A DNA stretch of 64,000 nucleotides from Neodothiora populina. Its lineage: Eukaryota. Under the pieces are notes generated by a model, which saw nothing but the letters and a program-made list of their open reading frames with translations, searched no databases and had not been told where the DNA came from. The stretch is taken from positions 992,001 to 1,056,000 of the forward strand of contig NW_027191405.1 of the NCBI RefSeq assembly GCF_041146345.1, in the 5' to 3' direction. This document shows, piece by piece, positions 23,731 to 38,263 of the stretch; the first letter of the stretch is position 1; every line of letters starts with the position of its first letter. A program made the position numbers and the translations under genes.

Positions 23731-25331
23731 TCAAGACAGTAGATCCATAACACTCATACCACGACCCCGCCTCTTCTCCTCCTTTTCCTCTCCTTCTGTC
23801 TGCCCCTTATTTCTGTTTCCCTGCCTCTCTTCGCCCCACCACCCCCTGCGATCGGAATTGAGCATCAGTAACGCGGCTGTTACTTCGTGATCTAGTTCTC
23901 TTTCGCGGGTGGACTGTTGAGTCTGGTTCTGCTTTTGCTGCTGCTGCCGTTGTCCACTTCTTCCTCCGTCTGAGCTGTGATCGTTATCGCTGTCGCCGTT
24001 GAGCGCCAGATGCTGGATCTGCTGCTGTTGCTGCTGCTGTTGAGAGCCCGGGCCTCTACCCAGGACTGTCGGAGACGAAGACGATGCAGGATCTTGCGGG
24101 CCGAGAGCGGGGCTCGTGAGAGCGAATGAGGTCGAGTTCAAGAACCCGACTAGAGCTTCTTGGGCAGAGTGATTAGGTCCGAAGAATGGAGAGGTCTGGT
24201 TTGATGCGGGCATGTACGGTGAGAATGAAGGTGAGGGATGCGTTACCGAGGAGATGGGGTAGTGTCTCTGTTGCGGTTGGTATTGTTGGAATTGAGGTTG
24301 GTATTGGGGTTGGGGGAGCGTGGTTGGGTGGATTGAGGGAGAAATGAGGGGTGTCGGTGTCGTTGATGTTGGATATTGTGGTGAGGCGTTCAAGGGGGTG
24401 AAGTGAGTGAGGGGAACTTGTTCGTCTTGCGCGGGAACCGTGGTCACAGCAATATCTGTGTCGTTGTCGTTCTCGTCGTTGTTGGTCATGGTCTCGTCTG
24501 CGCCGGTGGAGCGACCATCGCTGTCGTATTCCATGGGCTCACCATCCTCGACATCTGCGGCTGGAGTCTCACTTGTTCCGACTTCGACATTGGACGATAA
24601 GCTTTCGGCGCCGGTGGCTCGATTTGCCGCCTTGAGGTCGCAGATACAGCTCTCGAGGTAAAGAAGATACTCGATGCTGGCCTACATTTGGCAAAAAGTC
24701 AGTCTCCCCATACCAGCAACGATGAGAGTGGCAAGGTCATTCGTACCTGTATAATCGCCAATTTATGCATCTCGTGGCCCCTACAAGCAGGAATCAAGCC
24801 CTTGAGCACACCGAAGTCTTCGTTCATCTTGGATCGTCGCCGCCGTTCGATAATGCTGTGAGCCGTTTTGCGAGCCATCTTACGGCCCGCAGCAGTCGCA
24901 TTCCCATCTCTGCCGCGTTTCCCTCTTCCGCTCGTGGTACTGTGGTTGCGGTGTGTGGCAGCCTCTTCGTCACCTACGGACTGCTGCTCTCGGGAATCGC
25001 TACCCTTTGGCTTCACCTGTATAATCTTCCTCGATCGTGACGGTGGCGGAGGCAAAGTAATGTCGCCACCACTGGCCTTCTTCGCAGAAAAGGTATCGGA
25101 TGGAGCTACATGCTTTTGTCGCTTAGAAGGCGGTGCGACGGGAGGGTCAGGATGGTACGATGAGTCTGAGGCATTACTAGGTGATGGAGGGGATGGAACA
25201 AGATCGTCCTCGGATTGCTCGGCATATGCAGACGGAGGCAATGCCAACGCAGGCGTCAACCCGATCAATTTCTCCTCGCCATGTAGATCGGTCGACGAGG
25301 CAGGGGTTGGCGGTAATCGTGCTTGTGGCAT
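23731..25331 (-). CDS. bHLH transcription factor
   Basis: RKMARKTAHSIIERRRRSKMNEDFGVLKGLIPAC..MHKLAIIQ, then intron 24746-24682, then ASIEYLLYLE. The C-terminus has EVTAALLMLNSDRR and GMSVMDLLS. Confidence 0.9.
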
Positions 25332-26766
25332 TGTAACAGCCCAACCGAATGATATGTACAAGTGCGAGGAATGTGAAATCGGTTCAATTGGTAGTAAGGT
25401 AGATTATTATTGTTATAGGAGGGATTGAACAGAAACAAAGAGCGAGGAGAGGAAAGGGAATGACTACGCTATCTACCTTACCTTCATTTTCTGAACTTTA
25501 CAACGTTACCTCACAATGGACGATCACATGTGTGGTCGTGTGCTGCGACTTGACAGAGTCTTTGTACATGCTCAAGTGCTGAGTTGAGATTCGCTCATAG
25601 CTCGTGCCCTCGTGCCCGCATCCTGCGACGCTCATTGGCTCCGTCATGGCTCCTTCAGTTGTGCTCCTAGAAACTCTGTTCAGACCCTCTACGAAGTTGT
25701 GGATTAGGGATCCAAGCACGTGTCCGTTTTCACTTCTCTGAGTCGAGTCGAGTTCAGTCATTCTGCATATCTGTTTGAGCTAACCTCGCTCAGAGGTGTC
25801 GTGGGAGCTACGACATCAACGTTGGTATGTCCGAAGTGCTCTCAACGTGAACATAGACGGGCCGGACAATTTTGCGACAACTTTCCGTTCAACGCATGAG
25901 GAATTGCTGCAACATGACATGAGGACTGTCTCATCCGAGCTTGAGCTGTAGCAAATATTCAGCATAGAGGCCATCTGAGATCATTCAGATTCCTTGGTGT
26001 GAGACGCTTGAGGACAAAAACAAAAGAAATTGCAGCTTCTGTGGATCGAACACAGTACCTCCAGATACCGCACAGAATGCTTTAATAACCAAAGTGGAAC
26101 TTCAGTCTGGCGCTCTCCCAAGTGAGCTAAAGCTGCTTCGCTGAATCATTTCGAAAAGGTTAGTGTTTATATTCCTTGCGTTATCTTGTAATGACATCAA
26201 TACAAGGCTACTATCGCAATGTAATCAAGTACTAGAGATGCCAGGCGGGATCGATTGTCACTGATGGATCATAGCAGACGGGAAGGAGAGAATATGTCTT
26301 GGGTACTCTGCAAAACAACCACGACCTCGCCGAAGGGGTATACCTGAACTCTAGACCATTAAAGTCCCAGCCTTCCAGCCAATCATCCCTATCTTAGAAA
26401 CCGCCAAATGCAACCACCTATAAAAAAACATTAGGGTACGTATGTGCTCTCGAACAAACAAGAGAAAATTGCATGTGAATGAGCCTTATATCAAATTTAA
26501 GGGGAGAAGGCAACTCGCGTCCCAATCGTGCGATGTGGACCAGTGAACAATCTTGGCTTCCGAGAATGCGTAAACACCAACTCCAGAGTGCTGATCGGTC
26601 TTTTGTGTGCTTCGCCCAGGGGTATAAAGTGAGCAGACCAGACATAAAATTTGATCACGAACAATGAATGTCGATGATGCCTTGGGAGGTGGCAGATCTT
26701 TCAAAATTAATCATCAGGATTTTGCAGCCTCGACCTCAGCACTGACAAGGAACTGCTATTGGCAAG

Positions 26767-28903
26767 CTATTGATATCTCTGCCAGTCGTGGGGGAGCCCG
26801 GCGGAGCTGCTAGGCGGCGGTGCCCATCCCTGCATGCCACCTTGTTGAGCAGGGCTGGCTTGAGGAGCCATGTTGAAATGTTGGGGGCTGGGGCTGGGTT
26901 GATACATGCTACGATTCATGCCCGGGAAAGCATTGCTCATAGGGTTCATCGGACCATAACCCATTGCGCCTCCCATTTGCGATGGTGGTGGCATTGGTGA
27001 TTGCTGCGTCTGCTGCTGCATATGCTGGTTGTACTGCGGAAGATGATGCGCCTGAGACAACGGAGAAGGCTGTGGCTGCGGAGGAGGCCACATCTGCCCT
27101 TGAGGATAACCATAACCCGGGGTTGGCTGTCTCTGCGACATGGAAGACATGCTCATCGCAGGTGACGTCTGATGCATCTGCGCGGATGGCAACTGCTGAT
27201 GGATCGACCGCACAGGCGACGGCATAGCGTTGTGCTGATTTGGTTGCTGCGGTGGGAGTATGCCATGCTGGCTAGGGTTCATGTTGGATATGCTGTGTGA
27301 GCGCTGGGGCGACTGCATGTTTTGTGGTGCTACCGAGCTCATATCAGCCTCAGATGGCATCTGGGGTTGGGGTGGCGGTGTTGGTGGCTCATGAGGTCTT
27401 CGCCAATAATCGTGGTAATACTCGGAGCGCACAACTCGCTGCTGAGTCAAGGACTTGTTGAAGTCGGCGGCTTGAGTGGCTTGATTGAAGATTTCGGGCG
27501 CACTGCTCGGCTGAGTGCGGTCCACATAAGCGGGACCGGAGAGTTCCTGTCGTGGACGTATGATGTGACTGAAGTCGTTGGCTCTGGGATCATCATCCGG
27601 AGTCATAGCGACCATGGGCACAGGCGCAAGAGTGTGGGGATGTATGCCGGGTGGGACAGGGCCGAGTCCACGACCGTCGCTGTAGATGATGTCTCCTTGG
27701 GGCATGGCAGTGAAGGCACTGACAGTGCTAGCCTCTGCAGCGGCTGCTTCTCTCTGCTTTGCCGCACCAGGTCTCTTTTCTCCCGCAGCATCTTGCTCGG
27801 TGAAGCCTTGCGATCTAGCCTTGGATTCCCAATAGTCATCGCGTACGCGACGGCCGTTGACGATGACACGACTGCCGAACTGGCGGAACATGGAACGTGC
27901 GGTGACGATGGCAATTTGTCTCGATCGGTACGAGTAAGGTAGAATTTCCTGGTGGATGAGGTTGTCCTTCTCGGCTTGATTGGCAATAATCTTGAAGAGC
28001 GATCGGTTCTTGTTGAACAAGAGGTACGAGTCTCGGTAGCCAAGCTGGCGCGCACACTCGGTTGCGAGCATAAAGAGCTTCTCGCCGCGATTGGGTACAT
28101 TGAATGTCCTGATGCGGTACTCGCGGCCGTCAAGCAGATAACCATTCAGAGTCACCTTTTGCTCTCCGGCGTCATCGATCTCGCGCGGAAGGTATTCGTC
28201 GCCCTCGGGTCCTACCTGGTCCGTGGTGTGATCTCTCACAGTCGGAAGCGCCTTGACGACAGCGGCCTTGCCACCAGAGCTTGGAGTGGCGCGCTGAGGT
28301 GAAGCGTGGCTGGGCGAGGACTGATTGACGCCGTGTCCCTTAATCTGAGGAGTATGCGCCGCAAGTGGGGACGACATTGGTAATTGCTGCGGTGCCATCA
28401 AAGGGCTGTCGGCGTTTTTGGACTTTGGTGGTCTGCCTCTTTTTCGCGGCTTGGATTCGTCTATGAACGGCACGTCGATACAGTTAGCTTTGCGTGGACG
28501 GGCAAGTGGTTGCGAATAAAGCAAAGAATGGACTCGATCGTACCCGCGTCACCTTCACCCGCAGCCAGCAGCGCGCTATAGTCTTCCGGCGATCGGCTGC
28601 GCTTTAATCCGCGTGAGTTGTGTTTTGTCGAGGATGTATTGGCGTGGTTATTCTGTGCTGCATCGGACGTCAGTAGGGTGCTGCTGCTGCTGTTGTTGTG
28701 TTACAAAAAGGTGCAGTCAAGCAGGAAGGTAGAGAAGAGCAAGCAAGTAAAACAGGCAGGCATGCGATCAAAAGGGCAAGCGAGAGCGCGATGAGGCAAC
28801 GACGCGAGAACGACGCCGCAAGAACGGTGCGAGACGGTCTGAGGTCCGTACCGGCATTCAAAGCATTTAAAGCAGCAGGATTAATGGTTCCTGACGGGTC
28901 CAT
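26767..28903 (-). CDS. NPL6: RSC/SWI-SNF subunit Npl6 (Rsc7/Swp82)
   Basis: Start MDPSGTINPAALN, then an exon with SRGLKRSRSPEDY. The core reads DDAGEQKVTLNGYLLDGREYR..FMLATECARQLGYRDSYLLFNKN..TARSMFRQFGSRVIVNGRRVRDDYWE. Two 5' introns. Confidence 0.92.
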
Positions 28904-31900
28904 CCCGTGGATCCGTGGATGGGTTAGTAGTCACAACGGCGACTGTACGATATGAGATGCAGACAGCTTCCCATGTCTCCCCAATCGACGCGACGACCAA
29001 TTGTGCTTCGAGATGTGAAGCTCAAGCCCGAAGCCTCGGCCCTGCGCTGCGCGCGGTGGCTTGAGCGGTGTAGCAGCTGTGCGACGACGAAAGCCCAGAG
29101 CAAGCGTGCGCTTCAGAACACAGCGACTCAGACGAAGGTTTGACTACTACGACCTTTGGGGGACCTTGTGGACTTGTGCTGCCAGGGATGATGTTGACGA
29201 CGATGATGGAAGGATGATAGTGGTGATAGTGATGATGGTGATGATGATGATGATGCTGATGCAGCAAAGAGTGGAGATAAGCTCGCGGGACGAGATGTAA
29301 GAACCGGGATCCAGGTGCGGAGGAAGACAAGCGAACACTTGCCGCAAGGACCTGTTGGAACACACCTAATAATTTTTCCTTTGAAAGGACTGCAAAGAGA
29401 AGACGCAAGGCTGACGCTTCTACGCAAAGACGCCTTTCCCAGAACTGCGGGCGGGAAGCAAGTGCAACCTGAACCCTCGGACGGGGTGACGTTAGCTTTT
29501 GACTCTGGGACCACTCGAGGGGACTGTACAGGTATCGCATTGCATCGCATCACTGAACGGGAATCACTGACCCGTTGACGTCGGCGATCCGAGGCTGAAT
29601 TGTCCGAGCGCCTCTCGTCTGCCAATCTGAACTTAACTCAGGCCGACTGAGCCAACTTACAGTACCTTGCCTCGCTGTACCGTGACCTGAACCTTGACCT
29701 ATCTTGGCTTGTTGTATCGAGTCAAGTAGGTACTTAGTTGTCTGCATGACGAGAGGTCAGGTTCACCATCATATACTCTTGTACTTGTGATATTCGCGTC
29801 CGAATGTGCTCGTGCTCTGCACGCCTTAGGCCACAAGCCTCTATTATATGGTCACTGCACCATGATAGACGACTATATCTAGCAGCTAATGCGCCGCTGG
29901 AGCGATAGGGGAGACAGGGGCAAGCAGACATAACCAAAGTGATTGGCGCATTCGACGACCTCGAAGTAAGGAGCGAATTAGTCCGAGTCATGTATGAGAA
30001 CATACCTATCGCAAGACTATTTCACACAATCTCCGCTAATCAATAAATAGACATCGCACACCGAAAAGGGGCTTGTTAGTGCGCATATCGAGGCAATGCT
30101 GCTATGAACCTAGCCTGTGCCTCTGTTGCACCTGCCAACTGACCGGCTCCATCTGACAGTGTCTCGCTCATGTGGCGTTGACGCCCTTATCCCTTTGCTG
30201 TTCAAGTGAGCGAAGATCGCGCCCGCGGACACGGGGTGTGAGTAGCTATACGACCTTTCCTCTAGTGCAAGTAGTCTGCCAATCATCGTTTCCGCCTCAA
30301 ATGCCTCTGGAAAACAAGACTCGAATTTGCTCTCCTGTGACCCAATTTATTAGCTCTGATAGAAAGGCATTACAATGTCTATCGCAATCGGCCTCTGAGC
30401 TCTAGAGTATCATCCGCCGCGCCGTCGCATCCTATCTGGTATCTCTGTCGGACGCTCGCCTCCTCCCGCACTATCTGGCTGCATGTCCCTCACTCAAGCA
30501 AGGCAGGCAGCTATCGAATCATCAGCGCTGATAGACGTGCATAGAGTATCACGCGCGCGCCCGCAGCAGGGTCCATCAGCGAATGTTCGTCATCAAGCTA
30601 GCCTCTGTTGGTGTCGGATCTTCGATATTCTCGCAGGCCATGGGATGATTTCAGGGAACCACGAAGAGTCGCCTCGTCAGGACGTTCCATTTTGGGCCTC
30701 GAGGAATGTTGCTCACCCCGCGGCGACGTTGATGGAGTTGAAGCGAAAACTTACTCTTAGATTAGCGCGGCTGGAGTTCTGTGTACTCGAGAAGTCAATG
30801 ACCGCTCCACTTGTGTAGTAGTAAGCCACTCGCTAGCGACAAATAGATAGAGTGCAGCCACTGCTGTATCAATCCCTGCATCCTACGCTTCAAGTATCTA
30901 TTCACCCACGTGAACGCTGTCGCCAAGTCGCAATAGCACTCCACTGCAGCTAAAGTCAAGGTTGCGGGCCTCGCCCGTCGCATTGCGGGAGTGCTAGCGA
31001 AGGTTTCAGGAATATCTTACACAGCACAGTCGCCATAAACAACAAGCACTCTAAGCAGGGCATTAGTTTCTCCGAAGCGATCAGTTCCGGCGTTACAGTA
31101 TAATTGAATCACTTGTCCTAACCGTTGACTGTACCCCTGTCATGAGAGCATATCGCGACAATCTCTCGTTTTTCAGAGATCAGGATGCGGCTGCACAGCT
31201 GCCTGCTCGGAGCTCATGGAGACGTGCATATGGGCTGTAGCAAAGCGTCGTCGATCACCCGTTTGTGGATAGCGACATTCTAAGCATATGGTTCTCGCGA
31301 CATGGCGCTGGGAATGTGATCTTCCTCGGAGTCTACAAAGCTACGCGCTCTCAATCGTGACGGAAATGTTTTGCAGCAATGACAATATGCTGCGGATGTT
31401 GATATTCGGAAGTCTGATCTTGGCACATGTCTTTTTCCAGTCACCAAGTAATTATTCGCACTTGGCGTCCGCTGCCTTGTGCACGAACTGCTGGTAAACG
31501 TTCTATAAGCGGGACTAAGGACTACTCAAATGCGAAGGTTCACAATATATATCATGCATTTCCCCTGGCTGCACCAGCATCAGCACTGTTGTGCGAAAAC
31601 TCTGTAATTCATCAAGCTCACTAGCAAGCTCTAAGGCATGTTTATCGACGACGTGATAGCGCGTATGCAAAGTTATGACGAGAAAGCTCCGGCAGGTCGA
31701 GACGGGACCACGTGAATAGATAAAGCACGTAATTTACAGGCTGGGAGATTCAATGAAACGTAGTGACCATGCTCAAGAAGCCCCACTGGAACAGCAGTAT
31801 GTGCATTGAAGCTTTTGAGACTTTTATCTTAAGATAGCAATCTGTACGGTGGAGTGGCTCATCCGGAGCAGGTCTTTGCCAACGGATGGCACCAGACTGA

Positions 31901-32203
31901 AGCAATGACCACGGTGTAATATAGACGAAAATCGTTGAACGATGCATGCATCTGTTCAATCCAGCCAGCTCTACCTGCTCATGATCTCTTCGATAATCAG
32001 CCGCAACGTTGTAACAAACTACTTCACTCGCCTGCATTCGTAGTTTCTCTATAATCGGCATCCTTGGTGCAGACTCATGTCTGATGGTTCCTGGACATGA
32101 TGGACCACATAGAATTAGCGAAATGAACGATCAAGGAGAAATCTCAATATGTTGCGTCGATGAGAGATTGTAGATTGATATGTTTGATTGAAGCCTGCAA
32201 ACA

Positions 32204-33200
32204 TCAAGCATACGGATCCAGACCTTGCACAATCTTACTTGTGTCTTCCTCACTGATATCATGGAATCGCTCTTCATGGAGAAAATTCAGCATATACTTG
32301 TGATGGTCCCTCCAATCACACTCAAGCCTCGCTGAGAGTGTACGTCGTAATACTGATATAAGGGTAGGGGGTTTCGGTGTTCCGTCTGGATATGCCATTT
32401 GGCGGATCTCCATCCGATCGTACTCGCTCTCAAGTAAGCTATAGGCAGGCTCGTCAGTATCGGTGCTGACCCGATCCGCGATATGATAATTACCTCATGG
32501 CGTTAGAATCCTTTTCCAAAAGCGATAGGAGAAACTGAGGTCCATGCTGGAGTAGCAATTCCAAGCAAGCAAGCTCCATTTCTGCTCTGAACGCAGCGCA
32601 CTGGACGGGTGCTGAAGAATTTAGGATGTCCGGACCATTCACCCGTAATTGGTGTAATGATAACGTCAGGGAGAAAAGTAGAACTAAAAGAGATGTGCAG
32701 GGCAAGGACCTGATGAGCGTAGCCTGGGAACCACCAGAGCCTTGACAGACTTAGCAAACAGTACTCCCAACACCTGACATAGAGTGCTTCTTACCAACAT
32801 CTTGTAACCGGAAAAGTAGGCACAAGCCTGTGCTATGTATCTTGATTGATCGAGGTATCATCCATCCTTGTTTTCCTTCTCGTTCGCCGATATGGACGCA
32901 ATTGTGCTCGAGACGACCAAGGATATCCCACCGCCGTTGTACCTCTGACACGGTGGAGTATTTTGAGGCTTCTTGGAAGAGACTAGGAAACATGTTCCGA
33001 CTGGAAGACGGAAACTGGGACTGAAGTAGGGCATTGGTGATGGTGTTTTCGAAGCTGCGCAAGATGTCGTCGAAATTTCGACACACAAGTCTCAGGTTGC
33101 ATAAAGTCCTTTGTTCCCATTCTACCTTTGTGATGGTGTCTATGATTAATTCTGTTGGAAGCCTAACGAGTCCAAATTCGGAGGGAGTTGCTATGGCCAT
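32204..33200 (-). CDS. F-box-like domain protein
   Basis: N-terminal LVRLPTELII...LCNLRLVCRNF. Two introns (donors GTAAGA and GTAATT) join ORF segments in frame through PKPPTLISVLRR to the stop at 32204. Confidence 0.75.
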
Positions 33201-34849
33201 TTTGAGTATGCCGCCGCTGGGAGTGAGGTTGTGTATGAAGTCTGAGTTCATGGAATGAAAGTGCAAAGATCATGAATTTTCCAGCGTATTGATGCTCCAT
33301 TTTGTCTTGTAAAGGCCATTGGAAACACCTTGATGGAAGAACAAGCGTCATGAGCTCGGTTTGCTCACTGTTTTTGGAGGTCGGAAGGTACTGTAGATGA
33401 ACTTCAACAAGCACCTTGATGGTCATGTACGCACAGCACAATACGAGCACATGTTATCCCCAAAAGCCGTAAATGTCATCGTACTCCGGGCTTCTCATAT
33501 CGTGATGGATTGCACTGTCGGTGAACTTACGGTGCGCAATTCACTCATCAAGCACGCAATCTTGCCATTGACAGTCTGTCAGAATCGTGCCAGCAATACA
33601 GCATCACGATGTTGGACTTTGGTCTTGTGTTCAACAAGGCGAAATGCGGTCGCTGAACGTTACTGGTAATACAGACTCTCATCAGACTGATTGTGGTTAC
33701 GGGCTCCAGAGAATCTTTTTCGTCATATCCTGCTCATCTCTCCGACAAGATGCCAATGTACAGTAAATTCAATGAGAACATCACGGTAAGCGATAAATAC
33801 CGCATGAGCTCTGACTAGCTTCGCCTGAGCGCTGAGCAGGCCCATAGGTGTGAGGTGCATCTCGGGATGTCTCATAGGCAAAGGTCGGCAGTCAGACAGT
33901 TCCGATCCGGGCGCAACGGCCACTCATTCATGAGGTAATAGTGGAAGTAGAACTACAAGTACAACTTGAAGCCCGTGCTACGCCAGTCTGTCTAGTAGGT
34001 ACCGTAAGAAAAGGTTCGGTCACGCAAAACATTTTGAGACCGAGAACACCTTGGCGACTATTTACACTTTAAGCCTCATTCCGCATCCAGAGAAGTAACA
34101 CCAACATTGTGATAATGATGAACGATCACTTTCGACAAGGTATACCGAAGGGAATGAACACTCTGGGCTGTTTCAGGATGGACATCTGTACTTGTACTTT
34201 CATGCCCAGGGATGCAATAATTACTCGCTGCCGCTCGCCCGCAAGAAAATGACGCGGCGTGAAGAAGACTGGGGGTTAGCACGCGACCGGTTGCGGGCGG
34301 TAGCTGGACTACTCTTAGCCTACCCTCCTAGCTGGTTCCGCTGGGTTTCCGAGCAAAGACACGCCTCTGGAAATGCATGACAATTGACACGGGGAGAGTT
34401 GACGAGTAATTGTAATATAAAATGTGACGCACCTCTAGGGCATACAGCAAGCTTCGGATTCGCACAGTCGTCGGGCACATCAAAGCGGGGTCTTCTCGGA
34501 GCCTTTACCGCAACACACTGCACATGCAAATTGAACAATCAACAGCGACTCATCTCACACGCAGTCAGCCGGATAGGAGAGGCGGAACGAGCCCGTAGAC
34601 TGTGGGACCAAGGAACGCCATCTCGTTGCGGAGCTGGAGACCCCGGAATTACCCTTATGAACAGTGGGGTAGTGTGAACGATCGACGAGCCATCCCTTAA
34701 TACAGATAGGTCAGCGGGATCCGCATTGCTTGTGGTTCCCGCCGTTTTCCAATCTTCTTCCAACACGACGAATCCCTCCATTCACGCAAGTTTCCATCTA
34801 GTTGAACAGCGACTCTATTGTAAAAGAAAGATCCCGCACGCAGGAAACA

Positions 34850-37650
34850 ATGTCCGATCTGGCACTGAACAGCGACGGCCCGGATCCGATAGGGCTCGAC
34901 GGTCTGAAGAGGAAAGCGACCGACGCTGGCCTGCCTGCCAATGGATCGCGGCCTCATAAAAGCGTCAAACGCCGGGCGTCCAAGGCATGCCAGTCTTGTC
35001 GCGCCAGAAAAGTTCGGTGTAATGTCGTGGAACAATCGCCGTGTACCAATTGCAGATTAGACGAAGTTGAATGTATCGTATCCGAAAGCAAACGCAAACG
35101 GTCCGTAGATGCAGCTTACAATCACTTATTTGTTGTGTAAAGCAACTGCTTATGATCATACAGGAAGTGGTCGAAACCTGGCAATGAAGATGCAGAAGCG
35201 CAGTGCGAGTCTAGAACCAGAGAAAGCAATGCATCCGCCTATTCTCCGTCAAGTGTCCATGGAATAAGCAAGTCAAGCATCAGCTTTCAAGATTCTGGCA
35301 GTCATCATGTTCCACACTCTTTATGTGAGTATAAGCAGCCACATTGGAATTTGATTCGAGCAAATCGTACTAATAAACCGAAGATCAAGATTTAGAACCC
35401 CATTCATTTCAAGATGGAGCGCGTAGTCGAAGTCACGCACGTTCAATCTCGATACCTCAGGACCCCATTGATTCCACTGCCGTCCCGTCAATGGACCGCA
35501 CTGCGTCGTTCACTGTGAATAAGCCGCAGTCGCCGGTGTCTTTGGCTAACTCTCTACCATCTTTCATCAAGGCGATACCCACAAAATACGGTGTGGACGA
35601 CATTGCGTACTTGGTGAAGAAGGGTGCGCTTACTCTTCCTAGCCCGCCCTTGCGCAACGCTCTGTTGGAGTGCTTCATGAGATTCGTCCATCCCTACATG
35701 CCTCTGTTGGATCTACATGATCTACTGGATACAATCGAGAGAAACGACGAGAACACGGCCATCAGCCTGCTTTTGTTCCAGGCTATCATGTTTGCGAGCA
35801 CGGCATCCGTAGATATCAAGTATTTGAAGGCTGCGGGATATATGACTCGCCGAGACGCGCGGAGAGACTTCTTCCAGAAGACGAGGGTGCGTATACCAAG
35901 ACTTTGCGACTCACGCGCCAATGGCTAATCTGCGAATCAGCTCCTTTATGATTTTGATTACGAAACCGATAGGATATCCTTGATCCAAGCGCTTTTGCTC
36001 ATGACTTACTGGTATGAAACACCAGACGATCAGAAGGATAGTCACCATTGGATGGGTATTGCTGTGTCGCTGTCACATACCATTGGGCTTCACCGGAATC
36101 CCGAACGCTCCAACATGGGCTCTAAGCGAAAGCGGCTTTGGAAACGCATATGGTGGTCTACCTTCATGCGCGATCGCCTGATCGCTCTCGGTATGCGTCG
36201 ACCTACTCGGATAAAGAACGAAGACTTCGATGTGCCGATGCTGGCTATGGAAGATTTCGACATCAAAGTTCGCCCTGCTACCTCATCATCTGTGGTGAAT
36301 TGTAAGCTGCAATACGACACCAACATGCAGCGAAACCTGGCTATCATGTGCATCGAGAAAGCCAAGCTGTGTATCTGCATCAGCCACGTCCTTTCGACTC
36401 AATACTCGGTCCTACACAACAACCACGGTCTCCAGAACAGCGATGGCAACACCAAGAGTACCATGTTACTTGTTGCACGTAAAGATGATCCCGAAGGAAG
36501 CGAAGTGCGATCGTGCGACGAGAGACTGCGCCGTTGGAAGTCAGAGTTGGCCCCGGAGGCCGAATATCACAGGGCGACCGCGGAGGGAGTCGCACGCGGG
36601 GAGGACTGCGTCATGCTCAACCGCTCGTTACTTCACATGGTCTATTTTGCCACGCTATCTGCACTGCACCGGCCGCAGGTGCTACCGTCAACAGCCTGGC
36701 CTGCTCGCAAGGCTGCTCTTGAGGTGCTCGACACGTCGCGCAAGACAGTCCGCTACGCTGCCAACAAGATCACGTCGATTGCACAAAATCTCGCGGAGAC
36801 AGATCTCGTCCGATTCCTGCCGACATCAGGCATTACTGTGCTACTACCAGCCATCATCATTCATCTGCTGGACATCAAAGCTCCCGAAGAGGCCACGCGG
36901 CGAGCAAGCCTGCAAGGATTTTGTCAGTGCATGCACATCCTCAACAAGCTGCGCGACATCTACGCGGCCGCAGACTACTCGACCGCATTCCTCGAGGCAG
37001 CAATACGTAAAGCGGAGATTACACTCCCAAAAACGGACAGCGAAGCGACGGCAAAGCAGCACAACATGCCCGTCAAGGATCAGATGCGGATCAACAAGCA
37101 GATCGCGGGACTCTCGCGTGGAAGGCTCCCTCGGGTCGAAGACACAAGTCGTCTGACGCCGCCACCAGACATCGGCGCGACGAACATATCAGAGACAGCC
37201 ACAAATGCCGCAACCGCAGCCGCCGCTGCCGCCGCCGTCGCAGACATCACCCCCGGCATCGAACCCACGCCAACCTCAGACGAGTACCTAGCGCAATCTC
37301 TAACGCGCATGCTGGCCTCGACGCCACCAGACTCCGACAGCCAGTTAGACACCAGCTTCGGCGGCGCAAACCCCGCAGCAGCAGCGACAACGACAACAAC
37401 AACAACAACAACAACAACAGCAGCAGCAGCAGCAGCAGCACTGGGCAGCTACGACCTCGGCGACTTCGAGCCAGACTTCGACGCTCTAGTCAACCTCGAC
37501 GCGGCCGGCGAGGCGTTCGCGCTAGACGATGGCGCCTTCCCCGTCATGGCTGGCGAGGGCGCGGGCTTCTCGCTCGATAACATGGATTGGATGAAGGGGT
37601 TGACGGAGCTGGAGGACGCCGGGCTGTTGGATACCGAGACGCCTTTTTAG
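34850..37650 (+). CDS. farB: Cutinase transcription factor 1 beta / FarB (Zn2Cys6 plus fungal-specific TF domain)
   Basis: VKRRASKACQSCRARKVRCNVVEQSPCTNCRLDEVECIVSESKRKRKW, and middle-homology region LLYDFDYETDR..QALLLMTYWYETPDDQKDSHHW..LWKRIWWSTFMRDRLIALGMRRP. Three introns. Confidence 0.9.
37375..37440 (+). repeat. Coding compound microsatellite (GCA)n(ACA)n(GCA)n
   Basis: Encodes a poly-Ala/poly-Thr/poly-Ala tract in the FarB C-terminus. Confidence 0.9.
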
Positions 37651-38263
37651 TACAAAGATCTGCGATATGAAAAACGAGAACGGGGGAAATATCGAGAAAG
37701 GGTTTGATGTGAATGGAACATGTTTCAAAAAGGAGGGACGGGAGGTTTGGAGGGGGGGTTTTCCATTGTACATAAGGTTTTCTTCTTTTCTTTTCGATGT
37801 GTGCATATAATTTATCATCTCTCACGAGCGATAAAGAAAGCATGGGCACGGGCACAGAGTGGGGGCATGGATTGGAGAACGAGATAGACGGGTCAGGGGA
37901 GCATTTTTTTCTGCGTCTTTATTTCCTTATTCAAAGGGGATGTTTACATAAACACGAAATGATCATACATGCTACTGCAACAGTGTGGTAGGCTTGTTCT
38001 CACCACTTCGGTTGTCCTCTTCTTATACCCTGTAGATTCTTCGTCCTCCCAAGATGCATCATGTCAATGCTGGAATAAATACATGCTTCTTGCCCAAGAT
38101 AGTCACATTGCTACGCTTTTGAAGTGGGCGTTTCTTTTTGTTGTCAAAGCTATGTATAGACAATTTTACAAAGGCGCGTATGAAGTTACTCAGTCCAGAA
38201 AGATACTCGAGGTCAAAAAACAAGCTGCAGCTGCAGATTCGGATGGTCGGCTTCATCTCGCTA

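Noticed and set aside
29022..29540. 172-aa ORF with a poly-His tract
   Set aside because: The poly-His derives from a (CAT)n microsatellite upstream of NPL6; there is no ATG start or recognisable domain.
31750..32061. 103-aa ATG-initiated ORF downstream of the F-box gene
   Set aside because: No domain, codon-bias or splice support; the length is within chance range.
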